Assembly (NCBI GenBank): GCA_965285935.1
Contig: OZ260662.1
Location: 49,476,001 to 49,540,000, forward strand
From: Ophelia neglecta
Taxonomy: Eukaryota
DNA length: 64,000 nt
Reading direction: 5' to 3'
Shown here: in pieces, positions 36,601 to 49,051 of the stretch
Layout: each line of letters starts with the position of its first letter
Numbering within the stretch: the stretch's first letter is position 1
Notes under the pieces: generated by a model
What the model was told of the DNA's origin: nothing
What the model saw: only the letters and a program-made list of their open reading frames with translations
The model's database searches: none
Made by a program: the position numbers and the translations under genes

Positions 36601-39600
36601 GGTAATGTCATCCCACTGGCGTTTTTCTCGACCCTTCCCTCACCTTCCAGCCCAGTCGACGCCTGACAGTGTTTTACACAAATTAATGACACGGACATTT
36701 AGAAGTGTTGTTCTTTGGCGGGCGTCAGCGCCAGCCATGTCAGGCCTAACATGATGGATTACATTTTGGAGTACTCGGAATATTTACTCGCATATCCTGT
36801 CGAGCCTGCCGACTTTAGGTTCCTCATTGTGCCACATCAAACATAGCCTTCAAGCTACTCTCCACCATTATCCAGAGTGGTCCACCTCGGTGTTTTTCCA
36901 CACACTGTTAAACTTCCCTAAAGACATGGGCATATATTATTTTCTCTCAATTCTTTGTTTGATTATCAACATGCTCGAATGTTTATATTACATTTAAGTA
37001 TATCTTAATCACGAGACGCCATTTTTAGGAGTTAAATGTAATAGAAAGATGGTAGTCATAATATCACTCACGAAGATGCTCATATGTACTGAGGGAACTT
37101 CATGATAAAATGACTCTTACCTCTCATTGTCTAACATAACGTTAAATAAACACAGGTCTCTGGCCTAATTAATACAAACGTTAATTAATATAAATTGAGT
37201 AAGATGATCCCTGTAATTATAAGGCATGAGCACACAGTTATGTTTCAAGAGCGGCGCGCCCCACACTGCGAGCAGAACTCTCCGGTAGGCTATGAGCAAA
37301 ACGAGCGGCAGACTGTCTGTGCTAGACCAGACATGAGCGACTGATTATTGCGTTCAGGTAAGGGATACATTTCCGTTTACCGCGGATAAATCTCGTGTCA
37401 TTAGGTTGTAGAGTTCGAGCTTTTCATATTGGTTATCTGCAGTTCCGTCAATTAGAGATTGGATTTCGTCATGTCTTTGTACGGGTCCGTGACCGAAGTG
37501 AATTTGCCTCAATTGAAATGGAAATCACTGTGGCACTGAGAGCCAGATCGCCTTACAACACACACAATGCACACTATTCGTGGAACATGCAAAGTTTTGC
37601 CTGGTTTATTAGCACCATTTATGACTTGTTCACATTTCAACAACAAAAATGGTTAGGTAGTGTAGATGCTCTGGCAAAAACCCTTTTGTTGATACCAATA
37701 TATGCCATGGTTTCGTTGTTAATCCAATAACCAACTTCCCCTTGCCCTACCCTGACCCAGTGTCCTGCTTACATGTGCTCTCGAAAAGTTTTTTTGTCCT
37801 CAAGCTGCAACGGTATCATGACTGTAATGCATGTGCAAGCAACCATTCATATGTACTTAGAATAAGTTAAACTCTCTTATGAACGGACAGGTCTAAAAAA
37901 TATGTTTCCTTTATCTGGTAAGTTCTCATACTTACATTTCATACATACCTTATACCAAATTTAGTGTTTTTAGGGTTTTTTTTATTGGTATAAGCCAGTT
38001 TCCCGTACGTTGGTAGACATCGCTTGATGACAATGTTCGTGTGTAGTCGGCTTGTAATTATGATTGTTGATGACTCATTGACAGCCCTAAGGGTAGTGAT
38101 CATATCTGCTCAGATGGATACACAAGAGCTTGTATTTTATGTCTGAAATCACCCATCAAAACAATAGCGATCATGTGACATGTGTATATAGGATGTCTGC
38201 CAAGCCCCGAGGACCGAGTCTCCCCGGCTATCAGGGACATAACTCTTGTCACACGGGGTATATCTGGAAATCGCAGCTTTTTTGTTTGTGCGGACAATTT
38301 CCCGTTTATCACTGTGTAGATAAAGAAAGCCTTATACTTAAACTAAAAGCTTGTGTTCTTTTAATATTGTCCTCATATCTTTGCAGAAAATCAACCCATT
38401 CCATTTTAAACTGTTTTCTAGTGATTCCAACTAAACGGGATAGATTTTAAGTGCCTGTTGAAAAGAACATGACAATAATTATGCGTTGGCATATGACAAC
38501 GTTTTTCGTTTTACCCGCCTCCTTAGTTTGAAGCTGGGAACATGTGAGCGGCTGGAAAGAGTTAAAAGCGTAAAGAAGCAAAACGTTTAAATGATTTCGC
38601 TGCAAAGCTACTACATAATCAATCGTTTATATTGTCAACTGGTATTATTGTAACGTCCTTAATATACATTATACATAATGATCGATTTTTTCATCACTAA
38701 ACTAATGGAATTTATTGTTTGGTATTTCTTAAGGTACAGTACAATTCAGTAATTTGCTGACTTAAATCACTTGCCAAGCAGAATTACACCTATTATTCAG
38801 GTGGCGACGCATTGGCCTATCACCGTCTGCCATCTCCCAAACCAATACAAATACTAGCGTAGAATTTCAAAATTTATTTAAGCGAATTTTCACTTTGCCT
38901 TCAAATTACCCTACCTATATTGTTTATACTACTGGCACCACGAGTAAGACACAACTATTTTCATCCAGGGTCTTGACAATTTAAGTTCATCATTGTCAAA
39001 AGAGAACTTTTCCATATAGGCCTTTTACAGACATCTACATTAAATGTGTGTATGGAATTTCAAAATACTGATAATGTAATCCATTGGTTACCATAGCAGT
39101 CATTTTGGAGAGATCGCATCTTTGACAGGTGGGACTGGGCTTATGATGAAAGGTTTTACCTGAGGCTTTCACTGTTAATTTGCAAACATTGCGCCCACCA
39201 TTGTGATGAGGCACGCAGCTGGAGTAAAACTCTAATTATCACAAATTATCTATCATTATCTCCACGCAAGCCAGGGCTGAACAAGTTTTCAACCAAGCAT
39301 GTCTAGCCGCTATGTCGCTTTCACGCGACTTAGGTCACCTCTTGCGGTATGTGGCACCTTTTTTCAACTTTTGGCGAAAAAGAACTCGTTTTGATAGAGG
39401 TTGCATTGTTGTTAGTTGATTTATAAATCGTGATGATATTATCAGCTAAATTTGTATTAACGAGTGGAACTGCTCATTACATTGCCTTACATTTGAGAAT
39501 GATTGTTTGCTAAAAAATAAGATTTTAAAAATATTATGGATAAAGGTAGGCCTATATGCAATAGATATATATGAAACTATATTTAGGTGTGGATCCCATC

Positions 39601-42364
39601 GTTCGCTCGGGTCTATGGTTTACGTGATGACTATATTCCTGTATTGATCTTATTTTACAAATTTATTTGCAGATCAACAGTAAAATGTCAGTCATTTTTT
39701 TTGCTGCGTGTTAACCATGTTCCCAGATGCTCTAACGTAAGAAAGTCAGCCGATAACATACGTCAGTCTGCAATGTTATAATCCGATAAGGGAAATTGCA
39801 TTTTGAGAGAAGATATGTCTGTGTTCTCAGGGTGTTAGTGAGTCCGTTGGTAAGCCTGTCGTTTATAATTAGAAATGTTATTTCCCATGACACCAAGAGC
39901 TGACAAAGTGGATACTATTCCAGAAAAAACGGAGAAGCCAGTCTGTATGTGCATCAGGTATCCGACTTTTTAGACATAATCTTTGCATAATCACATTACA
40001 AGTCTAATCAACCTAAGTCCAATTTTGTTGCAACAAACTACGAGCAAAATTGTGTTTGCTACCCCTCCCAGATATTTACGATATCGCATTTGTCTGTCTT
40101 TCAATGACATCGTCTATTAAGTGTATTTAGATAAAAAGTTGATTGCTTAAACCAGTCGAGTACACAGTTTACAATAGTTTACAAGACAAAACTTGTATAA
40201 GGATAAGACACTTTGGGAGATAAGATCTGAAAAAATGGTTGTATAAACACTCCTGTAGGGGAGGAATTAGTATTGGTTACTCTTTTTTACGGGAGCTGGC
40301 AGATAAAAACTCCATGGAAGAGTGTGTTTGAGAACACGAAATTGCCCACCAGGGAGTATAATGGCTGGTTGTAGTTAATTCTATTGGCGCCTAGCTGAAG
40401 CCAGTTGTGCAGTATTTGCATTTCCCCATTGTTGGTTATTACACTAAGAAATTATCTTAATTGCCCTCACAGGTTTCACTGTTCAAAACTAGGGGAGGCA
40501 TGGAGTTACCCTATCTTGGATGATCTAAAGTTCTTTCCCCAAAACATATGGTAGTATAAGATAAAGTCGGTCTCCCCATTGATGGCCTTTTTACTAGAAA
40601 GATATCTCAGAAGAGTGATTTTTAGTGTAATGGTGTCTAAACATATACTTTCATCGCCGTTGTCTTCAACACTCTAAGATATCAGACTCCGTCCTGATAG
40701 GCAGTGAGGTAAAATAGCTATGCCAACAACACTAATATTATGCTAACCTCAACACAACTCGCTGTCATTATGTCGAGGCGAAATAGAAACAATCTTTGGC
40801 ATGCTATCCCCCGCCTCAGTATCTCAAGTTCAACCTCTGTGGCCTCTACCTTGCTATCTATGTGGAAAAAGTTATCGCTTGAACCACACATGATGAGCAA
40901 GAGCAGGTGGAGAACACATTAAAACTACTAAACTTGTCTCTTTATGCTTCAATTTACTACTTTTTGACAGCCACGACCGCAAATAATTTGCCATTCCGAT
41001 TGCATAATTGTGTTCCTCAATAGCTATACTACCTACCGGATGCTGATTTATGGATGAACGATGCAACACAATTCGATGTGTTTATATCAAGTAGTATGAG
41101 ATGGATTCAACACACAAGTATTCTATGACTTGTGTTAAAGAGTTCCTATTTTACATTGTAAGATTGTTCTCTATGACTCGTTCAAACATGTATACTTTTC
41201 TCTGTTACAGGCCTTGTTAAATGTATATGTACAACGGCAGAGTGTCACACGCAGAATGTCAAATTCTGTACAGCAGAACATATGTGTTACGTCCAATCAA
41301 TGATCAATCCGCTAGAAGGAGGAGATAAAACTCCCATGATCATCCGGGGCTGCATTGACGATCGGACGCCATTATTGTGCGAGAACCGTCAGCCGGAGAC
41401 GCTGGATCTAGCCATGAGCAAAGCCTGGCCCTTACTCCATTGCTGTAAAGATGAATACTGCAATCAGGATGTGATACCCACGCCCAGGGAGCCAGAGGGT
41501 TAGTCAGCACATTCCATTTTAAAGCTTCCGCGCCCCACTGCATGATCTCGGAATAGTTTTATTCAATTCAGTTTATCAGTAATCTACTCAAAACTATGCA
41601 AATATCACTTATTGAAATAATTATTAAATATGATTATGCGAACTACAGAAAGAGCATTAAGATAGGTACGCGATGATACACATAACATGACAACTAGTCA
41701 CATAAAGATAAATTGAATTAAATGAATGTTTTATTGGCTGAAGAACATCAGTTCTACATGATTAATAGCCACTAGTTAAGTTCTTCATGATAATACGTAC
41801 TGTCTTTAATGTCGAAATGCGCAAAGGCCACAGGGAAATAAGTTTTCGACGAGAATTTCTTCACTTTATATTGCACAACAAAATCGGCTTTTCAGCCTAA
41901 TTATGGTTGTCGTAAAATGTTGTAACATAATATTGGTGCTTATTTTAGATACACTCTACGACCGCAATGGTTACGATTATGAGGATGACGAGGAGGACGA
42001 TGATTATCATCCAGACGACGAATCCATACATGAGGAAAACTTACCTTTAAGTGACAGAAACCTAACGCCATACGTGCCACCAAATACGAACAAAACCAAA
42101 ACAATAAACCCACTGTATATAGGAGTACCCGTGGCGGGTGCGTGTGTGCTGCTGGCAATTATAATATTTGCCATTTATATTCTGAAAAGACAGAACCGCT
42201 ATATGGAAGATTTTTATAGAAACAATTTGCGACAGCAAGGCTGCGTAAAACCTCTCAATCATGAGGGCAAAGATTCGGGGGGAATCTGTAAGGACTCGTG
42301 TCCGTACCCAGACTGTGAAAGATCCTCCAACGGAAGTGAAACAAGACTCCTGATGAAAGTATAG
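21609..42364 (+). CDS. BAMBI: BMP and activin membrane-bound inhibitor (BAMBI)-like pseudoreceptor, 255 aa; join(21609-21672,41211-41498,41949-42364)
   Basis: Signal peptide, 10-Cys three-finger ectodomain ending CCKDEYCN, TM IGVPVAGACVLLAIIIFAIYIL (compare BAMBI IAVPIAGG), short kinase-less tail; both introns phase 1; 768 nt in frame; same 3-exon layout as vertebrate BAMBI. Confidence 0.85.
32745..35226. mobile_element. decayed, possibly LTR-type element in BAMBI intron 1
   Basis: GC-richer core with stop-interrupted frames and hairpins; right segment 34788-35226 has TGTGACA...TGTCACA termini, TATAAA and AATAAA; no TSD, PBS or gag/pol motif identified. Confidence 0.3.
41211..41498 (+). CDS. 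BAMBI: BAMBI-like exon 2 (activin-receptor-type ectodomain)
   Basis: LVKCICTTAECHTQNVKFCTAEHMCYVQ...RGCIDD...LLCENRQ...LLHCCKDEYCNQ; ttacAG / GTTAGT. Confidence 0.92.
41949..42364 (+). CDS. BAMBI: BAMBI-like exon 3 (acidic stalk, TM, cytoplasmic tail)
   Basis: ttttAG phase-1 acceptor inside track ORF 41903-42364; ends RLLMKV-stop. Confidence 0.9.
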
Positions 42365-43403
42365 TGTCACGTGTGCTTCCCCAACTGCCGTGAAAAAGTA
42401 AGAGATATTGACGAGAGTTGCTCTCACCCCGAAGTGTGCATTATTTTGAATAGATGTTCGAATGTTTTCTTTTATTCTTACAAGGCGCATGGCAACATCA
42501 GTGCGTCACAATATACATCACACTATAATCTGATAGTGTTCCTGTAACAAACTGCATAATTTTGCTTATTGTTCATGTGGTTGATACCCCATCCATATTA
42601 ATAATCTTGACACGTAATTCGTAATTCGACATAAAAACTGATCTCAGGTTATTCGTAGCATTGTTAAGTGAGGTAAGTAATAAACTTATCTTAAAAGGTT
42701 ACCTGTGACCTCTGAAATATTGATGCCTTGACATCCAACGTAATCAGGGAATGCTGTACATGAAGTTGGATAAAAAGTCGCATATATGCCATATTAATTA
42801 TTGTAAATAACATAATTCACTGCAATGTCTATAGTTTGAATGATGCTAAAATGTTTGGCAAATTTCTTGTGAAAGTAACCAATTGGATTTGTCATATATC
42901 TTTTTTCATCTATGAGGATAGAGGAGTTATCTAAGTACACCTAATTCTTGCCGTTCAATGACGCAAATCAGTATTTTAGTTCATTCTTTTTAATTACTTA
43001 ATAAATCTTATAACGGAAAGGTACTTGCTCCCAACTTCTTCCATTAAAACCCCCAATATGTTTATAAGGTGTTGAAGCCGATGATATATTCTTCCTCGTA
43101 TCAAGGCACACGTTTGTCGTTTTGACTTAAGACACTAGTCTGAAAACCTATATCGAAATTGTCAGACAGAAATATGCTTACTCGACTTTCTTTTCCCAAG
43201 GAGGTATAATAATATTACATGTTTCAGTCATAAATTAATTATCCTCCATTTTAAATTGACCTATAACTTGTGCCATATTGTAAATACATTTTGTATCATG
43301 AAATGATGTAATCTAAATGTAAATAAAGTGTATACTTGCCATATTTTATATTGCAGAGGCTAAAAGCTTCGACTACTGTATGATATATGCACATAGTTTG
43401 TAA

Positions 43404-43409
43404 AATAAA
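43404..43409 (+). terminator. probable BAMBI-like polyadenylation signal (alternative at 43322)
   Basis: AATAAA followed about 25 nt later by GT-rich GTTGTTGTGTTT. Confidence 0.5.
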
Positions 43410-46400
43410 CATAAACTTCAATATAGCGCTAGTTGTTGTGTTTAGTGTCCATCACGTCAGCCATGAAATTAATTCAAAATAGAAATAATAGACCTGTTGC
43501 AAAAAAATAAAAATATTGAAGAATAATAGTAAAACTGTTAAGTTAATAAATACTGAAGCTCTTGTAGTAACAATATCATGTTAAATATTTTCTGCCATGC
43601 CAGCAACATGTAAAATGTACTAAACGCGTTTATAAGTCAGTCTTTGAATCGTGCGCATGGGTAAGCTACTGTAAAGCAATCAGTGCATATCATCGCGTCA
43701 ACTGATCCATGCAAAATAAACGGCTGGTCCAGGGTCATGAGTAATCACAATAAAAGCGCGACTCGCTCACCCTATACGGATTAAAAAAATTCGATTATAT
43801 ATATAACTGTGAAAAGGAACTATACCTATTTCCTTTTAAAATTTTCAGGAACTTTTTCAATCTTCGTGGTCATTAGTGGATGGCACGTTAGAGAGACATT
43901 TATAGTAGGCCTGCGCATTTGTATTCTTCTAGTTTAAATAAGAGCTCTCAGTCCTCCCCAGACACTCCTGGGCCATGTTTCGTCTCCGCTTTGGCATACT
44001 AAAAATGTTAGCACATTTAAGATTCATTAAAGACCAAGAATGTTATATCAAAATGGTTTATCGATAGATAATAAATAGTAAATGAATATTTAATATATAC
44101 ATATGTGAATATTGATAACAAAACGAGCATTTGGCACTGGGGCATTTCTGTATAGAACAGAGTAGTCGATATGATTATATTTCAACGAATAATAAAATGA
44201 TGTCATTGGTCTACTGTTGTACCTAACCTATGACGACACAAATGATTTTGTGTTGCTTTCTTCTGCAATGAATACAGATCTTAAGAATTTGCATATTATT
44301 AAGTTGTAACTTAACCGGGGTAAAATATAATGGTGTAGTTACTGGACCAGTATAAACATCGGGAAAACAACAATCGCTTCCTCCGCTAGGTAACCATCAT
44401 TTCAATATTCTCTATACTGTGTACATTGACAATGCCTCAACGAATAATGCACATTGAAATTATAAAACCGGTCACGCAGTTACAACTGTTACCTCTTCCT
44501 AAACACCGAACTTTTCGAGAAACGTAATAAACAGCTTCCTACTGATTCCGATTTGGATTTATGCTGGTGGAGACAACATATCGAACACACAAAAGCATTA
44601 AAACACATCCCCCTTTTTCTCCATTCGAACCGATTCAGAACACCTCACCAGAGGCTTTCTTACATCGATTAATTGCTTTAATATGATATTTATATAACCA
44701 TATTTCAAAAAGCATACTCTATCTTAAACAAATGGGTCTTCAGTGCTATTCAAGTACTCGAGTTTTTGGTTTTCTCTGGTAGGACATTGCAAAGGACAAG
44801 AGCCATCTGTTTAAAACAACGGTGATATTTTAGTGACAAATCGCAGTACAACATTCAACCATCTGGATCTAGACCTCAACTCCCGCTGAGCCTTATACAT
44901 TTCAACAATTTCGACAATGTACTGTGGAGCCAAACCTTTTACTGTTTTATACGTAGTCACCAATACCTTGAACTCCACTTTCCTCATCTCTCGCAGCCAG
45001 TGGCGTCCAGGATTGCTACTGTTTTTTTAAACACAAGATTAAAACATATGTATACTATGATTATAAATAAAAATGAAGAAATGTGAGAAAGTTTACTTAT
45101 GCCATTATATAAATTCAGAATTGACAGTCCAGTCTGCACCCAACACCTTCTAAAAGATAATTTTTTTACATAATAGCGATCAACCTTTATTAACTTACTC
45201 ATGGATACGTGAGGCAGGAAACACACTCCACCCTGTTCCCCTTTAATCAGTCAATATGACCCACCAGTTTGAATACTTTCTCGAATTCAAAAATAGTATT
45301 TAAGAAAGGCAATTTAAGTAATTAATGTTTCTAGGTTTTGCTTTGCAAAATATAGTGTCTTGCTTGCCCTCTGGAATTTCTTGACACAAGTAAACACGTT
45401 TCCTTCTACACGAATTTTCTTCATTTATTTGACTTAATGGGGCTCACCGGGACACTTCGCACAGCCACATAGATAATTTTAAAGTCTTATTGCAATTAAA
45501 AAATATGTGGTTAGTGAGTGGTTAGCTTAGTAGGGTTAATTTCAGGATGATTGTTATACTCGGTAATTAGTTATGATACAAAGTGTAGGATGTGACTGGG
45601 TTGTCAATAGTTCATTTTTACTTTAACAGATTTTTCATACCACTATAATATAGTAAGCCACTTTTCCGATAGCAGTATTGCAATTGAGAAACCTTTTTAT
45701 GGGAAACACGAATCATAAATCTTCTTCAATGCAGAAAAGAAAAGAGCATAAGTTTACTTGCAATCCTTACATTTCCCAATGAAGCCAGTGAACAATCTGA
45801 ATACTGTTACAAAGTCCAAGACCTATAAAAACGATATAAGCAGGGTACCTTAAGTCTTGAAACAACCTGTCAATTCACCTGCCGTTTCGAGGTATAATGA
45901 CCGACCAGTGATTATATTGTCTCGGACATGTACAAGCTACAAAACTGAATTTAAAGTATTAACACTTAATCCTCATGTAGATATTTTAAGTGTCTAAATA
46001 TAATCTTCCTATAGATCTAATTAGATTTTTAAATATCTAAATATAATAAAATTGTCAATTATATACACTCATGTCGTCATTCAGTTCATGTTCAAGGTAG
46101 AAAGTTACACATGTTCTCCTTGAAAGCAGTAGCGCCTAGATATAATATCTTCTTGGTTTCTTTGTCGGTCATATTTAATGCGAATTCGCGATGAGTTTAG
46201 AGCACTACTTCTCGGTTTGCTTGTGTCTGTTGATTATGTCAATATATTTCGCTCTTTTCGTTTCATTAATAACATTGCTGATTTAAAAAACTTACAGAAT
46301 CAGAATATGTTGGTCAGACACTTATTCTCCCAGGTGTAAGCAAGTATAGGTCCTCTTAACTGGAAAAAAAACTTCTCATATATTTGGACATCCTTTTGAC

Positions 46401-48904
46401 ATGTCACTTTCTGCATGCATGCAATGCTAGAATTCTGTAGTATTAGACGTCTGTGGCAGAATTACATTTTTCACCATACTATTATGAATTATTATCGAGT
46501 GGCTTCCACCAAGATCATTTCGATTCCGTACAGACAGCATGCTTTCTGTCCCTTAGATAGATCTCTGCGCCTCTGGAGACACTGATACGACAGATGATTG
46601 CTTCCAACGGCCGATCAAGAAGAAACGAAAAGAAACAGACATTGTTTCCTGCATAGAAGATTTTTTTTTGAGTCACACTACTTACATAATTTTGTGATGA
46701 ATTTTGTATACACAATTGTTTGATTACTTACGTGCCATGGCTAATGGAAGCTAAATGGTGTGGTTGATGTCGTCTGTACCTATAACATAAATGCTATGTC
46801 AATTTCGGAGACTTTTCCGCGTGTCACACTACTCTCTAACACACAACATACCGCTATGTGCTTTATCACTAATGTTGTCCGCTACCTGTAAATTAGAAGG
46901 GTTGAAAAAGGACGAATTCAAATAAAAAACTCACTGAAGGGTTACTGGAACATCACATAAAGATACATTAAAAAATTCTTGTGGCTAGTAGGGTAAAAAG
47001 GAGGATGAACGAGGAAACAAATTGACCCATCTAAATTGCGTGATAGTTGTTGTCCTGCTTTGCCACCGCCGTATCAGGTATCGTTTCCCTCTCTCATAAA
47101 TTCATTGCACTTCAAGTATGTAGAAAGCCTTTACTTCAAGATTTAGGGGCAAACAATAAGAGCAGTTAATATTTATTTGACATTCTAAAGGTGGACAGAG
47201 TACACGAAGGCCTTAATGGGCAATAAATTTATGAAAAAAAAACAATGCAGAGTAGTTGAAAATAGTTTCTAGAGCTCTTAATCTTTTCAAAATTTGAAGA
47301 CAGAAAAAACGGAAGCCGAGTTACAAATTAAACTCGACAATACAGTTTCAAAATTAAGCATACCCCCTACTCTAAATGAGTAGGCGGACAGCTATTTTTT
47401 GCCTGTATCACAAATGTACACAAATGGATATACAGATAACATATACTCATAGGCTCATGTGACTTCGATTTATTTGTTACTTGTATTTTTGCTTCCAGAC
47501 GCCATTATTATTGATTCCCTGGACAAACAACGGAGGAAATGACAGAAAAGTCCCTGATGTTTCAAGGTGTATCTGGTGCTGAAGATTGCCGAGCTATTTA
47601 CGCCGCTGTATGGGGGGGGGGGGGGGGCACATTGTGGGTCTGACATACGGATCCACAGTCCCTGCCATTGGTTTTGCTCGATACGACCCTCTTGGAACAC
47701 CAGTCTGATTCCAGAAGTACTCAAATATATACTTGCCAAAGATCTGAGTAACATTCTCCGCGTCCATTTAATGTGTTTTGACCAGTTTAGCATATCGATC
47801 AATGATCACAACAAAACATTATATATAGGCCTATACCACAGTTTCTATCATAACACCTTTTATATGAACTTCCTACAGTCAACTTTCGCAACCTTAATAT
47901 ACTGCTCCGCTAACTGAATAGCAGTATATAAAAACGGCATCATGGAGACTGTAGCGTGATACTACTCCTACCTACATCACATTGTTTTGTCATTAAAATG
48001 AGGAAATAGTACCTTAAAGCATGATATTTTTGCGTTAATGTGGGAGTTCTTTCTTTGTGCATTTAATTTCCCAGATAGGTGGTGTAATTGGCAATGTTTT
48101 TTATATCATTAATGTCTTTGATTTGTAGGTCAAGCCCACATGTGAATAATTTTATGCCAATTTTGAAACTGTCGCCAAAACAGCGAAGCGTGAATTTAAT
48201 CCTATGCCTACCGTTATCGAAATAAAACAAGCAAATCCCATGTGCCATGGATTAAATTCAACATGGTTTAAAAATTAGAAGACTCCTTAATATACTATAA
48301 TACTCACTCTTCATTTTATCATATTTCATTTCCCTCTACTACTACCAAAATCAATGCAAAACCAAAGTAGTACGTCTTACAAACGCCAGAATAACTGTCC
48401 AGTAGTTCGCACATTTATGCAAGCGCATACTAAATGACTAATTTCGAATGCTCTCTATGGGGCAGTTAACAACTTCACTGTGTGTAGCAAATCAGGGAAA
48501 AAGGAAGGTTTCTGGTAGTCACTCGTAAAGTTTTTGATAAACACTGAAATGGAGTTTATCAACCTGGTTTTTCTTAGTAACTCGCTAGTTCCCATATCCA
48601 CTGGTTTCAGCATTTGTCTCTATCAAACAATAATTGCTCCGTTAAACAGTGATCTTTTAAATTGAGATATGATCGCTATTTATTATCTCACATACTTTCA
48701 TACACGATAAAATTTTCCAAATGAAACGAAGTTGCAGATATTATAATAAATGGTATATGTGTAATTCATTTTTACCGTTCAAGCAGTATTTTAAATTATG
48801 TGTATGCTTTTATTTAACCAGCTATACCTCATCCATAACTACGTCATCGTACTTAGGTAAACACATGTTAAAGGGGAAGCTAAGGCACTGTTCGAGACAA
48901 ATCA

Positions 48905-49051
48905 ATCCCTGTTTGGTGTCTACGGCAGGTACTCCAGTGAGGTAGCACTATAAAGAGGGCTTTGAGCCCACTGTCAGTAGGCACCGTAGCGATATGACCA
49001 TATAAGTGCTGAAAGCCACGTAAAACCCCAAACAACTAACTAACAACTAAC
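48905..49051 (+). mobile_element. 5'-truncated SINE (MetaSINE-like 3' half)
   Basis: CAGTGAGGTAGCACTATAAA core, 3' stem CGTAGC-GATATGACC..GCTGAAA-GCCACG-TAAAACCCC and (AACT)n tail, resembling lophotrochozoan SINE tails as recalled. Confidence 0.6.

Noticed and set aside
21673-41210. Perfect Mad/Medea/Schnurri element GRCGNC-N5-GTCT in intron 1
   Set aside because: Manual scan found only near-misses (36029, 36658)
41903-41948. MVVVKCCNIILVLIL as a signal peptide of a single-exon protein
   Set aside because: Lies in the intron's acceptor region; phase-1 splicing from the ectodomain exon explains the ORF better
41211-42364. True type I/II TGF-beta receptor kinase
   Set aside because: Stop codon about 59 aa after the TM, no GS box, and no kinase exons found downstream
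44130-44152. miR-96-like sequence TTTGGCACTGGGGCATTT
   Set aside because: No complementary star arm, so no precursor hairpin
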